Assembly (NCBI GenBank): GCA_001873435.1
Contig: MNZB01000002.1
Coordinates: forward strand, 1,620 to 65,619
Direction: 5' to 3'
Length of the DNA: 64,000 bases
Source of the DNA: Candidatus Pacebacteria bacterium CG2_30_36_39
GTDB lineage: Bacteria > Patescibacteriota > Microgenomatia > UBA1400 > PJMF01
The notes beneath the pieces were generated by a model, which was not told where the DNA came from, did not search any database, and saw only the letters and a list, made by a program, of their open reading frames with translations. Below are positions 37,475 through 46,094 of the stretch, in pieces. The position numbers and the translations under genes were made by a program. The stretch's first letter is position 1; each line of letters begins with the position of its first letter.

Positions 37475-38932
37475 TTATCTAACAAATAATTTGATTAAAT
37501 TATCATTAATTTGAAGTTCTTCTATTTGTTTATCTTGATGGTTTATTTCAAATTTTGCTATTTCCCAGTGAGGATTTCCATGTGGCTTGCAGCTTTCTTG
37601 ATCTTCACAAACAATAAATATCTGTTTGGCAAATTCTTGATCTCTTATTAATAAGTTTGATTTCATTTTTAAATAATAAAGATATGGTTCGTCGCTATTG
37701 TCTTCAGACAAAATAGCAACTTGAAATGGTTGGCTATTGGAATTTTCTAGTATCAGGGTAGTTGTTTCATTGATTTTTTTAGCGGAAATTGAATTTGGTT
37801 TAAATATTTCAAGCCACTGTGGAAGCCATGAATATACTGTTGTTAACAAAATAATTAGTAATAATATGTTTGAAATTATTTTTGAAGGTATTGTTTTAGT
37901 TATTTGATCTATGGCCCAACTAATTAGTATTAATAGACCAATTAGCGGGATGAATAAGTAGTGAGTAGTTGGTTTTATATTCAATAAACTTAAAGAAATG
38001 ATTGAGACAAGAATAGTTGGAATGATTAAGAATTTTATTGATAAATTAAAAGCTTTTAATTTAATATTTTTTATAATTAAATAAATACTTAGAATAAAAA
38101 TAATAATAATTAATAGACTAAGAAAAATATTTTTTCCTGCTAATAGCCAAATAATTTCTTTTAAATTAATTCCAATATTTTGCACCAAACTCAAAGGATT
38201 AATAAGGGAACTTTTATTTTTTGAAAGCCCAATTTGTTTAAATAAACCATAAATAAATGGGAATAAAGCAGTAATTGTGGTTAATATACTGTAAAAAGTT
38301 TTAGTAATAATACTTTTAATATTATGATGTTTTAGCCAACTTTGATAAACACTAATTAAAAGTGGTAATAATAAAACTATATTAATCAAATGTAATTGCA
38401 AAAGAATAAATAAGTTAATTAAGGCAATTAAAAAAAACTTTTCTTTTTGCAGTTTAATAAATTGTGCCAAACTCCAGAAAAATAATATTAAAAATAGAGG
38501 AATAGCATTTGGATTCCAAGCAAAGCGATTATATTCAACAAAAGTAGGCAATAAAAGATACCAAGTAGTAGCAATTACTGCAATTTTATAATTAAAAAAT
38601 TGCTTTAAAAAACAAAATAAAGCAACAGTCATAGTTATACCAACTAGTGCTTGCAGCAGGGCAGGTCCAATGGGATTGAAGTTAGTTAATAATAAACTTG
38701 GTGAGTTAAAATAATAAAATAATGGTCCCAAATAATAATGGCCAACTGAGCTAGTGGGTCCTAATAATGGCCATGATTTACCATCTAGCAAATCTTTCAT
38801 TACTAAAACATCTCTTCCTTGATCTCCAGAGAAATGAAATGAATTTGGTAAATTGTAGAAATATAAAAAGCCACTACTTAGAATAAAGAAAAAATAAAGC
38901 CAATTGTTTTTAACCCAAGCTTTTAATTTCAT
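37475..38932 (-). CDS. GT-C fold membrane glycosyltransferase (PMT/ArnT-like)
   Basis: GDQGRD...PLLGP...GPLFYY, RFAWNPN and QLH. Start at 38932 lies 6 nt after TATAAT. Confidence 0.8.
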   Translation of the reverse strand: MKLKAWVKNNWLYFFFILSSGFLYFYNLPNSFHFSGDQGRDVLVMKDLLDGKSWPLLGPTSSVGHYYLGPLFYYFNSPSLLLTNFNPIGPALLQALVGITMTVALFCFLKQFFNYKIAVIATTWYLLLPTFVEYNRFAWNPNAIPLFLILFFWSLAQFIKLQKEKFFLIALINLFILLQLHLINIVLLLPLLISVYQSWLKHHNIKSIITKTFYSILTTITALFPFIYGLFKQIGLSKNKSSLINPLSLVQNIGINLKEIIWLLAGKNIFLSLLIIIIFILSIYLIIKNIKLKAFNLSIKFLIIPTILVSIISLSLLNIKPTTHYLFIPLIGLLILISWAIDQITKTIPSKIISNILLLIILLTTVYSWLPQWLEIFKPNSISAKKINETTTLILENSNSQPFQVAILSEDNSDEPYLYYLKMKSNLLIRDQEFAKQIFIVCEDQESCKPHGNPHWEIAKFEINHQDKQIEELQINDNLIKLFVR

Positions 38933-38939
38933 TCTTTCA

Positions 38940-39959
38940 TTATACTGAAGTTTTCTTGGTAGCCAATTGGCCGCAGGCAGCATCAATATCTTGACCCATA
39001 CTCACCCTGACTGTATGAGGGACTCTTGCTTTAGTCAAAATTGCTGAAAAACGATCTATTTGTTTTCTATCTGAAGTTTCTAAGGTAAAGCCTGGTACTG
39101 GATTATATGGAATTAAATTTAAATGAATTAGTTTTCCTCTGACTAATTGAGCCAATTTTTCTGCATGGCGCTGCTTATCATTAATATTCTTTAGAAGAAT
39201 ATACTCAAAAGAAATTCTTTTATTAGTTTTATTAATATATTGATCAACTAATTCCATAAGTTTATCTAAATGATTGTTTTTTGCGATCGGCATAATGCTT
39301 TCTCGCAAAGCTTGAGTTGGTGCATGCAAACTTAAAGCAATTCTGCCTTTAAAATCTTTGGCAAACAATTCTTTCATGGGTTGCACTATTCCCGAGGTAG
39401 AAATAGTGACTCTACTTGGGCTCATAGCCATTTTGTCTGAATCTGTAAAAATATCGATCGATTCTAAAACATTTTTTAGGTTAAGTAACGGTTCACCCAT
39501 GCCCATGAATACGATATTGGTTATTTTTTGTTGTTCTTTTTTCAAACGACGAGCAAAAAATAAGACTTGCTCGGCTATTTCATCGGAAGTCAAATTGGCA
39601 ATAAATCCCATGGTACCAGTAGCGCAAAAAGTACAACCAACTGGACAGCCAACCATCGAACTAACACAAACAGTATTGCGTCCGTCTTGATGTCTCATTA
39701 AAACAGTTTCTAGTAATTGACGATCATTTTTTACTCTGGAAAATAGCACTTTTTCAGTATCTTTTTTCTTTGAAATTTGGTGATTAATAACAACTAGTTT
39801 TTCTAGTGGAAACTCTATAGCAACTTTTTCTCTAAGTAATTTAGGCCAAGCTGTAAACTCATCCCAATTTTCAATCAATTGTTGATAAATAGCTTGGTTA
39901 TATTGTTTCAAACGAAAACTTGGTTCGTTAATCGATAATAAATAATCTGCTATGGTCAT
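38940..39959 (-). CDS. rlmN: Radical SAM 23S rRNA (A2503-C2) methyltransferase
   Basis: CVSS.VGCPVGCTFCATG, MGMGEP, SLHAP, FEY and IDAACGQL. Confidence 0.92.
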   Translation of the reverse strand: MTIADYLLSINEPSFRLKQYNQAIYQQLIENWDEFTAWPKLLREKVAIEFPLEKLVVINHQISKKKDTEKVLFSRVKNDRQLLETVLMRHQDGRNTVCVSSMVGCPVGCTFCATGTMGFIANLTSDEIAEQVLFFARRLKKEQQKITNIVFMGMGEPLLNLKNVLESIDIFTDSDKMAMSPSRVTISTSGIVQPMKELFAKDFKGRIALSLHAPTQALRESIMPIAKNNHLDKLMELVDQYINKTNKRISFEYILLKNINDKQRHAEKLAQLVRGKLIHLNLIPYNPVPGFTLETSDRKQIDRFSAILTKARVPHTVRVSMGQDIDAACGQLATKKTSV

Positions 39960-40073
39960 GTTGTTATTATACTGCTTGGTAAAAAATGTTGATTTGTAGT
40001 TGAAATTATTCTTCTAACCATAAATAAGGAAAAAGGCTTAAAATAATAAAAACTCTAACAAAGAAAGATAAGC

Positions 40074-40715
40074 ATGAAATCCATGAAACATGTCCATGTT
40101 ATTAATAATCCTTTTGTTGAGGATTCACTTAGTCATTTGAGAGATAAAAGAACTAGCTTAGAGAAATTTAGAGAATATTCAGATAAAATTTGCAGCTTTT
40201 TATTTGCCGAGGCAATTAACGGTTTGGAGTTAAAACAAGAAATAATTTCTACTCCGCTAGAAGATATAAAAGTTTCTAAAATTAAAGATGAAATAATTGT
40301 GGTACCAGTACTTCGATCTGGCATTGCAATGCTATTTGGTGCAATGAAGCTTTTACCAAGAGTTAAGGTTGGTTTTGTGGGTATGGAAAGAGATGAGGAA
40401 ACAGCAATTGCACGAGAATATTATTGGAAATTACCAAAGATAAATTCACATTCAGTAGTAATAATCACTGATCCTATGTTGGCAACTGGTGGCTCAATCT
40501 CTCATCTCCTAAAAAGAGTTCTGGAAGAAAAGCCAAAAGCAGTGAGAATAGTAGCTGTAGTTGCTGCTCCAGAGGGCATCGAACGCTTGAGAAAAGATTA
40601 TCCAGATCTAAAACTAGAGATTTTTGTTGCTAGTGTAGACCGTGAAATGAACAGCAAAAAATATATTTTGCCAGGTCTTGGAGATTACGGCGATCGATAT
40701 TTCGGCACTGAATAA
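40074..40715 (+). CDS. upp: Uracil phosphoribosyltransferase
   Basis: VPVLRSG, RDEET, DPMLATGGS and YILPGLGDYGDRYFGT. Confidence 0.96.
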   Translation: MKSMKHVHVINNPFVEDSLSHLRDKRTSLEKFREYSDKICSFLFAEAINGLELKQEIISTPLEDIKVSKIKDEIIVVPVLRSGIAMLFGAMKLLPRVKVGFVGMERDEETAIAREYYWKLPKINSHSVVIITDPMLATGGSISHLLKRVLEEKPKAVRIVAVVAAPEGIERLRKDYPDLKLEIFVASVDREMNSKKYILPGLGDYGDRYFGTE

Positions 40716-40720
40716 TTTTT

Positions 40721-41908
40721 TTATTTATTCTTTAATACAGCTTCAGCAACTTTTTCTGCTAAACCAGGATTGAAGACACTTGGAATTATTTCATCAACAG
40801 TGGGATTAACTACTGCATCAGCAATAGCATTGGAAGCAGCCTCTTTCATTGGATAGGTGATAGTCTTAAGTCTTCCTTTTACTACGGCCTGAAAAATTCC
40901 TGGAAAAGCTAGAACATTATTTATTTGGTTAGCAAAATCACTTCTACCAGAAGCAACAATATAGGCACCAGCCTTTTTGGCTTCATCTGGCATAATTTCT
41001 GGAGTAGGATTTGCCATAGCAAAAACAATTGATTTTTTTGCCAAAATCCCAATTGTTTCTGGTGTGATTGAGCCTGGCCCAGAGACTCCTATTACTACGT
41101 CAAAATTATGTAGAGCATCTTCTGGTCTACCAGCTTTTCTTTCACGATTTGAGAGACCAGCAATTGCTTGTTTATAAATATTTTGTCCTTCTCGACCAGC
41201 ATACAGCGCTCCTTGGCGATCAAAAACAATTACATCAGCCACATGATGGGCATTATGAGCTCTAGAACATGTATCGGCAGTGCAGTTGAGACCAAGAATC
41301 ATTCTGGCTATGGCTAAACCAGCAGCTCCAGCACCAATAATTCCTACTTTTAAAGTTTCGTATGGTTTATCAACTACTTTAGAAGCATTCATAAGGGCAG
41401 CTCTTACAACAATAGCTGTGCCATGTTGATCATCATGAAAAACTGGGATGCCAATATCTTGTAGGGCTTCTTCAACCTGAAAACATACTGGAGCAGCAAT
41501 GTCTTCCAGATTTATACCTGCAAAAGTAGGAGCTACTTGTTTAACAAAATCAATGATTTCCAATGGCTTGTGAGCATTTATTACCAAAGGAAAAGCATCA
41601 ATATTTCCAAATTGCTTGATTAGCAAAGCTTTCCCCTCCATTACAGGTAGAGCAGCTTCTGCGCCAATATTTCCCAGTCCCAGAACAGCTGATCCATCTG
41701 AAATAACGGCAATAGTACGACCTTTTAGAGTGTGAGTGTATGTAGCATTTTTATCTTTGGCAATTAATCTACATGGTTCTGCTACTCCTGGGGTATAGGC
41801 GAGGGATAAATCTTCTTTGGTTTTAATTTCTCCTACCACACTAGAAGTGCCTAGTTTTCCAGTATTTTGTTGATGATAATTTAATGCTTGTTGATAGATA
41901 TCAGTCAT
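40721..41908 (-). CDS. NAD(P)-dependent malic enzyme
   Basis: DLSLAYTPGVA, DGSAVLGLG, PVMEGKA, INLEDI, FHDDQHGTA, GAGAAG and NNVLAFPGIF. Start taken at MTDIY (41908). Confidence 0.95.
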   Translation of the reverse strand: MTDIYQQALNYHQQNTGKLGTSSVVGEIKTKEDLSLAYTPGVAEPCRLIAKDKNATYTHTLKGRTIAVISDGSAVLGLGNIGAEAALPVMEGKALLIKQFGNIDAFPLVINAHKPLEIIDFVKQVAPTFAGINLEDIAAPVCFQVEEALQDIGIPVFHDDQHGTAIVVRAALMNASKVVDKPYETLKVGIIGAGAAGLAIARMILGLNCTADTCSRAHNAHHVADVIVFDRQGALYAGREGQNIYKQAIAGLSNRERKAGRPEDALHNFDVVIGVSGPGSITPETIGILAKKSIVFAMANPTPEIMPDEAKKAGAYIVASGRSDFANQINNVLAFPGIFQAVVKGRLKTITYPMKEAASNAIADAVVNPTVDEIIPSVFNPGLAEKVAEAVLKNK

Positions 41909-41991
41909 AATATGAATATTAATAATTGCTAATAATGTTGCCATTGTAAACCAAATAATGCACAATGAAGTAGAAAAAAAGGACCTAATAT

Positions 41992-42468
41992 ATGTTCAAA
42001 ATTCAATGGTTTAAGCTATTATTTTCATTTGGAATTACGTTTTTAGCTGGTTTTTTGGGTTCTGTATTTACTTTTTCTGCTATTCCTACTTGGTATGCAG
42101 CACTTAATAAGCCGTTTTTTAATCCACCCAATTGGCTTTTTGGGCCAGTTTGGTCAATTTTGTATGTGTTGATGGGTTTAGCCTTGTATTTAGTCTGGAC
42201 TTCTAAAAAACAAACTAAGCAAATTAGATATGCTTTGCATTGGTTTTATTTTCAACTTAGTTTGAATACTTTATGGTCTATTTTATTTTTTGGTTTAAAA
42301 AATCCATTCTTTGCTTTAATAGAAATTGTAATTTTATGGTTTGCAATTTGGCAGACAATTAGATCGATGGGTAAGGTTTTGCCTCTGTCTAAATATTTTC
42401 TCTATCCTTATTTAGCCTGGGTTAGTTTTGCTTCAGTTTTAAATTTAGCAATAGTTATCCTTAATTAG
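41992..42468 (+). CDS. tspO: TspO/MBR family protein
   Basis: WYAALNKP.FNPP.WLFGPVW, QLSLNTLWS.LFF and PYLAWVSFA..LN. Confidence 0.93.
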   Translation: MFKIQWFKLLFSFGITFLAGFLGSVFTFSAIPTWYAALNKPFFNPPNWLFGPVWSILYVLMGLALYLVWTSKKQTKQIRYALHWFYFQLSLNTLWSILFFGLKNPFFALIEIVILWFAIWQTIRSMGKVLPLSKYFLYPYLAWVSFASVLNLAIVILN

Positions 42469-42631
42469 AATTTAAACTCCCTATAGCAATTTAAAAGTTA
42501 TAGGGTATACTGATCTTTCTGGCTAAACGGCAGTTCTTAGATTTTTAAAAGACACTAAGCATCATGTCCGAATTATATGAAAGAATCAGTAGGATTAGTC
42601 AGCTACTCAGATTCAGAGAGAAAAGGACATT

Positions 42632-43015
42632 ATGTTTCCTTCTCAAGATAGTAATAACCAAGCTGCAGATCCAAGCAAACTTTACGTTGGCAATCTTTCC
42701 TACTCCGTAGGTGAAGAAGAGCTAAAAGACGTATTTGCTGAATATGGCAATGTTGAAGAGTGCAAACTCATCACCGACTTCAGAACTGGCCGTTCCAAAG
42801 GTTTCGCCTTTGTGAAATTCGCCACTGTTGAAGATGCTACTAAAGCTATGGAACAACTTAATGAACAAGAGGTTCAAGGTCGCAAACTTTTTATTAAAGT
42901 TGCTCAACCCCCTCGTCCTCGTGAAGATCGCGGTTTCCGCGGTGGTGATCGTGGTAATGATCGTGGTGGTGACCGTGGCGGTGATCGTCGTGGTGGCTAC
43001 AACAGAGGTCGTTAA
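42632..43015 (+). CDS. RRM RNA-binding protein with RGG/GGDR low-complexity tail
   Basis: RNP2 KLYVGNL and RNP1 KGFAFVKF; SD AAGGA upstream. Confidence 0.93.
   Translation: MFPSQDSNNQAADPSKLYVGNLSYSVGEEELKDVFAEYGNVEECKLITDFRTGRSKGFAFVKFATVEDATKAMEQLNEQEVQGRKLFIKVAQPPRPREDRGFRGGDRGNDRGGDRGGDRRGGYNRGR
42938..42985 (+). repeat. Coding 12-bp tandem repeat x4 (R-G-G/N-D)
   Basis: cgcggtggtgat cgtggtaatgat cgtggtggtgac cgtggcggtgat. Confidence 0.85.
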
Positions 43016-43045
43016 TTTTTCAAATACTTAAATTTTGAATAAGAG

Positions 43046-43075
43046 AACCCCTGGTATTTTTACCAGGGGTTTTTT
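43046..43075 (+). terminator. Intrinsic terminator after the RRM gene
   Basis: AACCCCTGGTA-TTTT-TACCAGGGGTT followed by a T-run. Confidence 0.9.
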
Positions 43076-43094
43076 GATGTACAATACAAACCAT

Positions 43095-43520
43095 ATGAAA
43101 CGTGGAGGAATTTTTGCTTTTTTTCTAACTTATATTCTTTTATTAGGAATATTTGGTTTAATTGATGCATTGTGGTTAGGTTTAATTGCCAGGAATTTTT
43201 ATGCCCAGGAATTAGCTGGCTTATTACGAGCTGATTTTCTTTTAGTTCCTGGATTGTTGTTCTATGCTTTGCATCCATTCATGCTATGGTTTTGGGGTTT
43301 TTATAAAAACAATTCTTGGAAAAGTTTATTATTAAAAACTGCTGTTTATGGTTTTGGAGCATATGCAACCTATGACTTGAGTAATTGGGCTACTTTACGT
43401 GATTGGTCAGAACAAGTAGTTTTGGTAGATATTATTTGGGGAACCGTTAGTAGCGCCGGAGTTTCAATTGCAGTTTGGTTTATCATTAAGCAAAATAGGC
43501 TTCTTGAGAAAAAAGATTAA
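43095..43520 (+). CDS. DUF2177 family membrane protein
   Basis: IDALWLG..A..FY and AYATYDLSNWATL.DW....VLVDIIWG. The track start 43035 runs through the terminator, so 43095 is preferred. Confidence 0.88.
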   Translation: MKRGGIFAFFLTYILLLGIFGLIDALWLGLIARNFYAQELAGLLRADFLLVPGLLFYALHPFMLWFWGFYKNNSWKSLLLKTAVYGFGAYATYDLSNWATLRDWSEQVVLVDIIWGTVSSAGVSIAVWFIIKQNRLLEKKD

Positions 43521-43625
43521 TTATATTTGATAAATCAATTATAATTGTAGGTTTAAATTGTAGTCATTTACCATAAAATACATTTTTATATTATTAAAAT
43601 TAAGTGGGTGTGAAGGTAATGCCCA

Positions 43626-46049
43626 TTGATGCAAAAAAAAGTTCAAGAACAACAGAAAAAAACTTTATTAATAATCAATACTGGTTCACTAAAAAAGCGT
43701 TTTATTCTTCAAAAAATCGCTAAGATTCCAAATATCAAAAAGGTAGTTGTTAATACTCAAAAAAATTGGGCAGAGAATTATGTTGATGAATGGATTTTGG
43801 TTGATACAACCAATCATGATGCAACAATAAGAGCAGTAAATGAGTACGCTAAAAAAAATCAGATAGATGGAGTCGTTACTTTTTGGGAAGATGATGTGCT
43901 TTTAACTGCAAAATTAAGCGAAGCTCTTAAATTACCAGGTATTCCATGGAAAGTTGCTTCAAAAGCAAGAAACAAATTTGCTTTTCGTGAATTTTGCGCA
44001 AAACATGGCTTGCCAGCACCTAAGTATGCCTTAGTTCGTTCTGAAGATGAACTAAAACAGGTTTTACAATCAATGCAGTTACCAGTGGTTTTCAAACCAA
44101 CCTTTGGCTCCAGCAGTGCTTTTGTTATTAAGGCAGAGGATACTGAAGAAGCCAATGAAGTCTATGCTTTCTTGCGACGCAATATTAATACTCAGGTTGA
44201 AACAGCTCTTTCCGATGGTTTGGAGGTAATGGTTGAAGAATATATCGATGGTGATGAGGTTGATATCGATATGTTGGTGCAACACGGCAAAATCAAATAT
44301 TGGTCGATGGCTGATAATTATAAAACAGAAGAACCATATTTTATGGAGACTGGTATGGCAGTTCCCTCTGCTTTATCTGAAGAGGATCAACAAGACTTGG
44401 TTAATATGGCTGAGTCAGTTCTTGAACATCTTGGAGTTATGAATGGCTGTATCCATTTTGAAGCGAAATATACTTCAAAAGGCCCAGTTCCCATTGAAGT
44501 TAATTTGCGTATGGGTGGAGATGAGATTTATTCTTTTTCTCGTGAAGCTTGGAAAGTCGATTTAATCGAATATGCGGTTAAAATTGCATTAAATGAATAC
44601 TTCCCACGGCTTGATAAGCCAGAAGAACCACACACATATCTATGCGGAACCTCTTTTATTCCTGAAGTTTCTGGTGTTATTTCTAGCTTAGATATGCCAG
44701 AGAAGTTTTCTACAAAGGACAACGTTGATGAGTTTCAATTTTATAAAGAAGTTGGTGATACTGTTTTAACTCCCCCAGCAGAATACGAGTTTTTGGGTTG
44801 GATAACTGCTCGTGGTGAAAATCCCAACGATGCTCGTGAAAATTTAGATAAAGCTCTAGAAAAAGTTAATTATGAGATCATTCCATTTTCAGAGGTTTCC
44901 GCGGTTGGTAAAACAAAAAGAGCTCATCGTTTTGCAGTAGCCCAATTTGATCAAAGAGTCATGCAAGGCAAAGCTAGAATTGAAAAAATTCGTCGCATGA
45001 GTATGTCAAAGCAACGCAAGTTACATATTGGTATTGCCTGCAATACTTTTTCTGGCAAAGATGGCGCGGTTGAAGCGGAATTGACTTCTGTTGGTAATAA
45101 TATTCAAAAAGTACTTGAAGAAAGAGGTTATAGTACTTCTTTTATTGATTTCAATGACTTGAAGGGAGCTAGCACTTTATTACAAACTCAAAAAATTGAT
45201 TTAGTTTTTAATGTTGCTGAACGTATTAATGGCTCCAGTTTACTTGAGCCACACGTGGCTTCATTTTTTGATGCTTACCAAGTTCCTTATACTGGTTCTA
45301 ATCCTTTCACTCTTAGTTTGGCTATCGATAAAATTAGAGTGAAAAAACTTTTAACTTATCACCAAATTCCAACTGCAAAATGGGATTATGTTTTTGATCT
45401 AAGAGATGAGGTTAGAGAGGATTTGACTTTCCCATTAATTGTTAAACCAGGAACAACTGATAATTCAATTGGTATAACCCAAGATTCAGTTGTTAGAACC
45501 CCAGAAGAATTGAAACGTCAAATTCGTTATGTCCTTCAAGAACTTCACTCTCCAGCTTTAATAGAAGAGTATTTGCCTGGAGATGAATATGACGTGTCCA
45601 TTATTGGTAATGGTGAGGAATTAAGAGTATTGCCTTTATCCAGAACTCAATTTAATAAGATGCCAAAAGACATGTGGAACATCTATTCTTTTGAGTCAAA
45701 ATTTGGTGATAATTTTGCTGATTTTAAGAAGTTCATTACTGAAGAAAGACCGCCTAAAGGCGTAAGTAAAAAGCTTTTAGCTCTTATTACAGAAATGGCT
45801 ATGGATACTTACTCAATTCTTGATTGTCATGATTATGGACGGGTTGAAGTTAAATTAGATGAACAAGGAAATCCTCATGTTCTTGAGCTTAATCCTAATC
45901 CATCAATTAATGCTCCTGATTGTTTGCCATCAGTGGCAAAATTAACAGGTATGGATTATGGTGATTTCTTGGAGGAAATTATTGCTCTAGCAATTAAGCG
46001 CTATCAAAATTCTCCTCCCTATTATCACCTACAGCCTCAGTTGCGCTAG
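43626..46049 (+). CDS. Fusion of two ATP-grasp enzymes: L-amino-acid-ligase-like domain plus D-Ala-D-Ala-ligase-like domain
   Basis: N-half: FKPTFGSSS, VEEYIDGDE, IHFE, IEVNLRMGG and a LAL_C2-like segment. C-half: VFNVAE, PYTGS, DK, PLIVKP...SIGI, LIEEYLPGDEY, GRVE and ELNPNPS. Confidence 0.85.
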   Translation: MMQKKVQEQQKKTLLIINTGSLKKRFILQKIAKIPNIKKVVVNTQKNWAENYVDEWILVDTTNHDATIRAVNEYAKKNQIDGVVTFWEDDVLLTAKLSEALKLPGIPWKVASKARNKFAFREFCAKHGLPAPKYALVRSEDELKQVLQSMQLPVVFKPTFGSSSAFVIKAEDTEEANEVYAFLRRNINTQVETALSDGLEVMVEEYIDGDEVDIDMLVQHGKIKYWSMADNYKTEEPYFMETGMAVPSALSEEDQQDLVNMAESVLEHLGVMNGCIHFEAKYTSKGPVPIEVNLRMGGDEIYSFSREAWKVDLIEYAVKIALNEYFPRLDKPEEPHTYLCGTSFIPEVSGVISSLDMPEKFSTKDNVDEFQFYKEVGDTVLTPPAEYEFLGWITARGENPNDARENLDKALEKVNYEIIPFSEVSAVGKTKRAHRFAVAQFDQRVMQGKARIEKIRRMSMSKQRKLHIGIACNTFSGKDGAVEAELTSVGNNIQKVLEERGYSTSFIDFNDLKGASTLLQTQKIDLVFNVAERINGSSLLEPHVASFFDAYQVPYTGSNPFTLSLAIDKIRVKKLLTYHQIPTAKWDYVFDLRDEVREDLTFPLIVKPGTTDNSIGITQDSVVRTPEELKRQIRYVLQELHSPALIEEYLPGDEYDVSIIGNGEELRVLPLSRTQFNKMPKDMWNIYSFESKFGDNFADFKKFITEERPPKGVSKKLLALITEMAMDTYSILDCHDYGRVEVKLDEQGNPHVLELNPNPSINAPDCLPSVAKLTGMDYGDFLEEIIALAIKRYQNSPPYYHLQPQLR

Positions 46050-46094
46050 AAATTTATCTCTAGTCGTTAGCTGGTTGATCAGTATAATCAAGTT

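Noticed and set aside
29700-38932. Prophage or integrative element at tRNA-Ser
   Set aside because: I found no integrase, phage genes or duplicated tRNA 3' end in the window. It is reported only as a possible accessory block.
38940-39959. Possible Cfr-type antibiotic resistance methyltransferase (N-terminus EPSFRLKQ...PKLLRE resembles Cfr)
   Set aside because: Diagnostic positions are RlmN-like (MGMGEP, SLHAP, FEY, VGC) rather than Cfr-like (MGMGEA, SLHSP, IAY, CGC).
42938-42997. Short tandem repeat as a possible CRISPR or contingency locus
   Set aside because: These are in-frame 12-bp units with synonymous variation that encode the RGGD tail of an RRM protein; there are no spacers and no cas genes.
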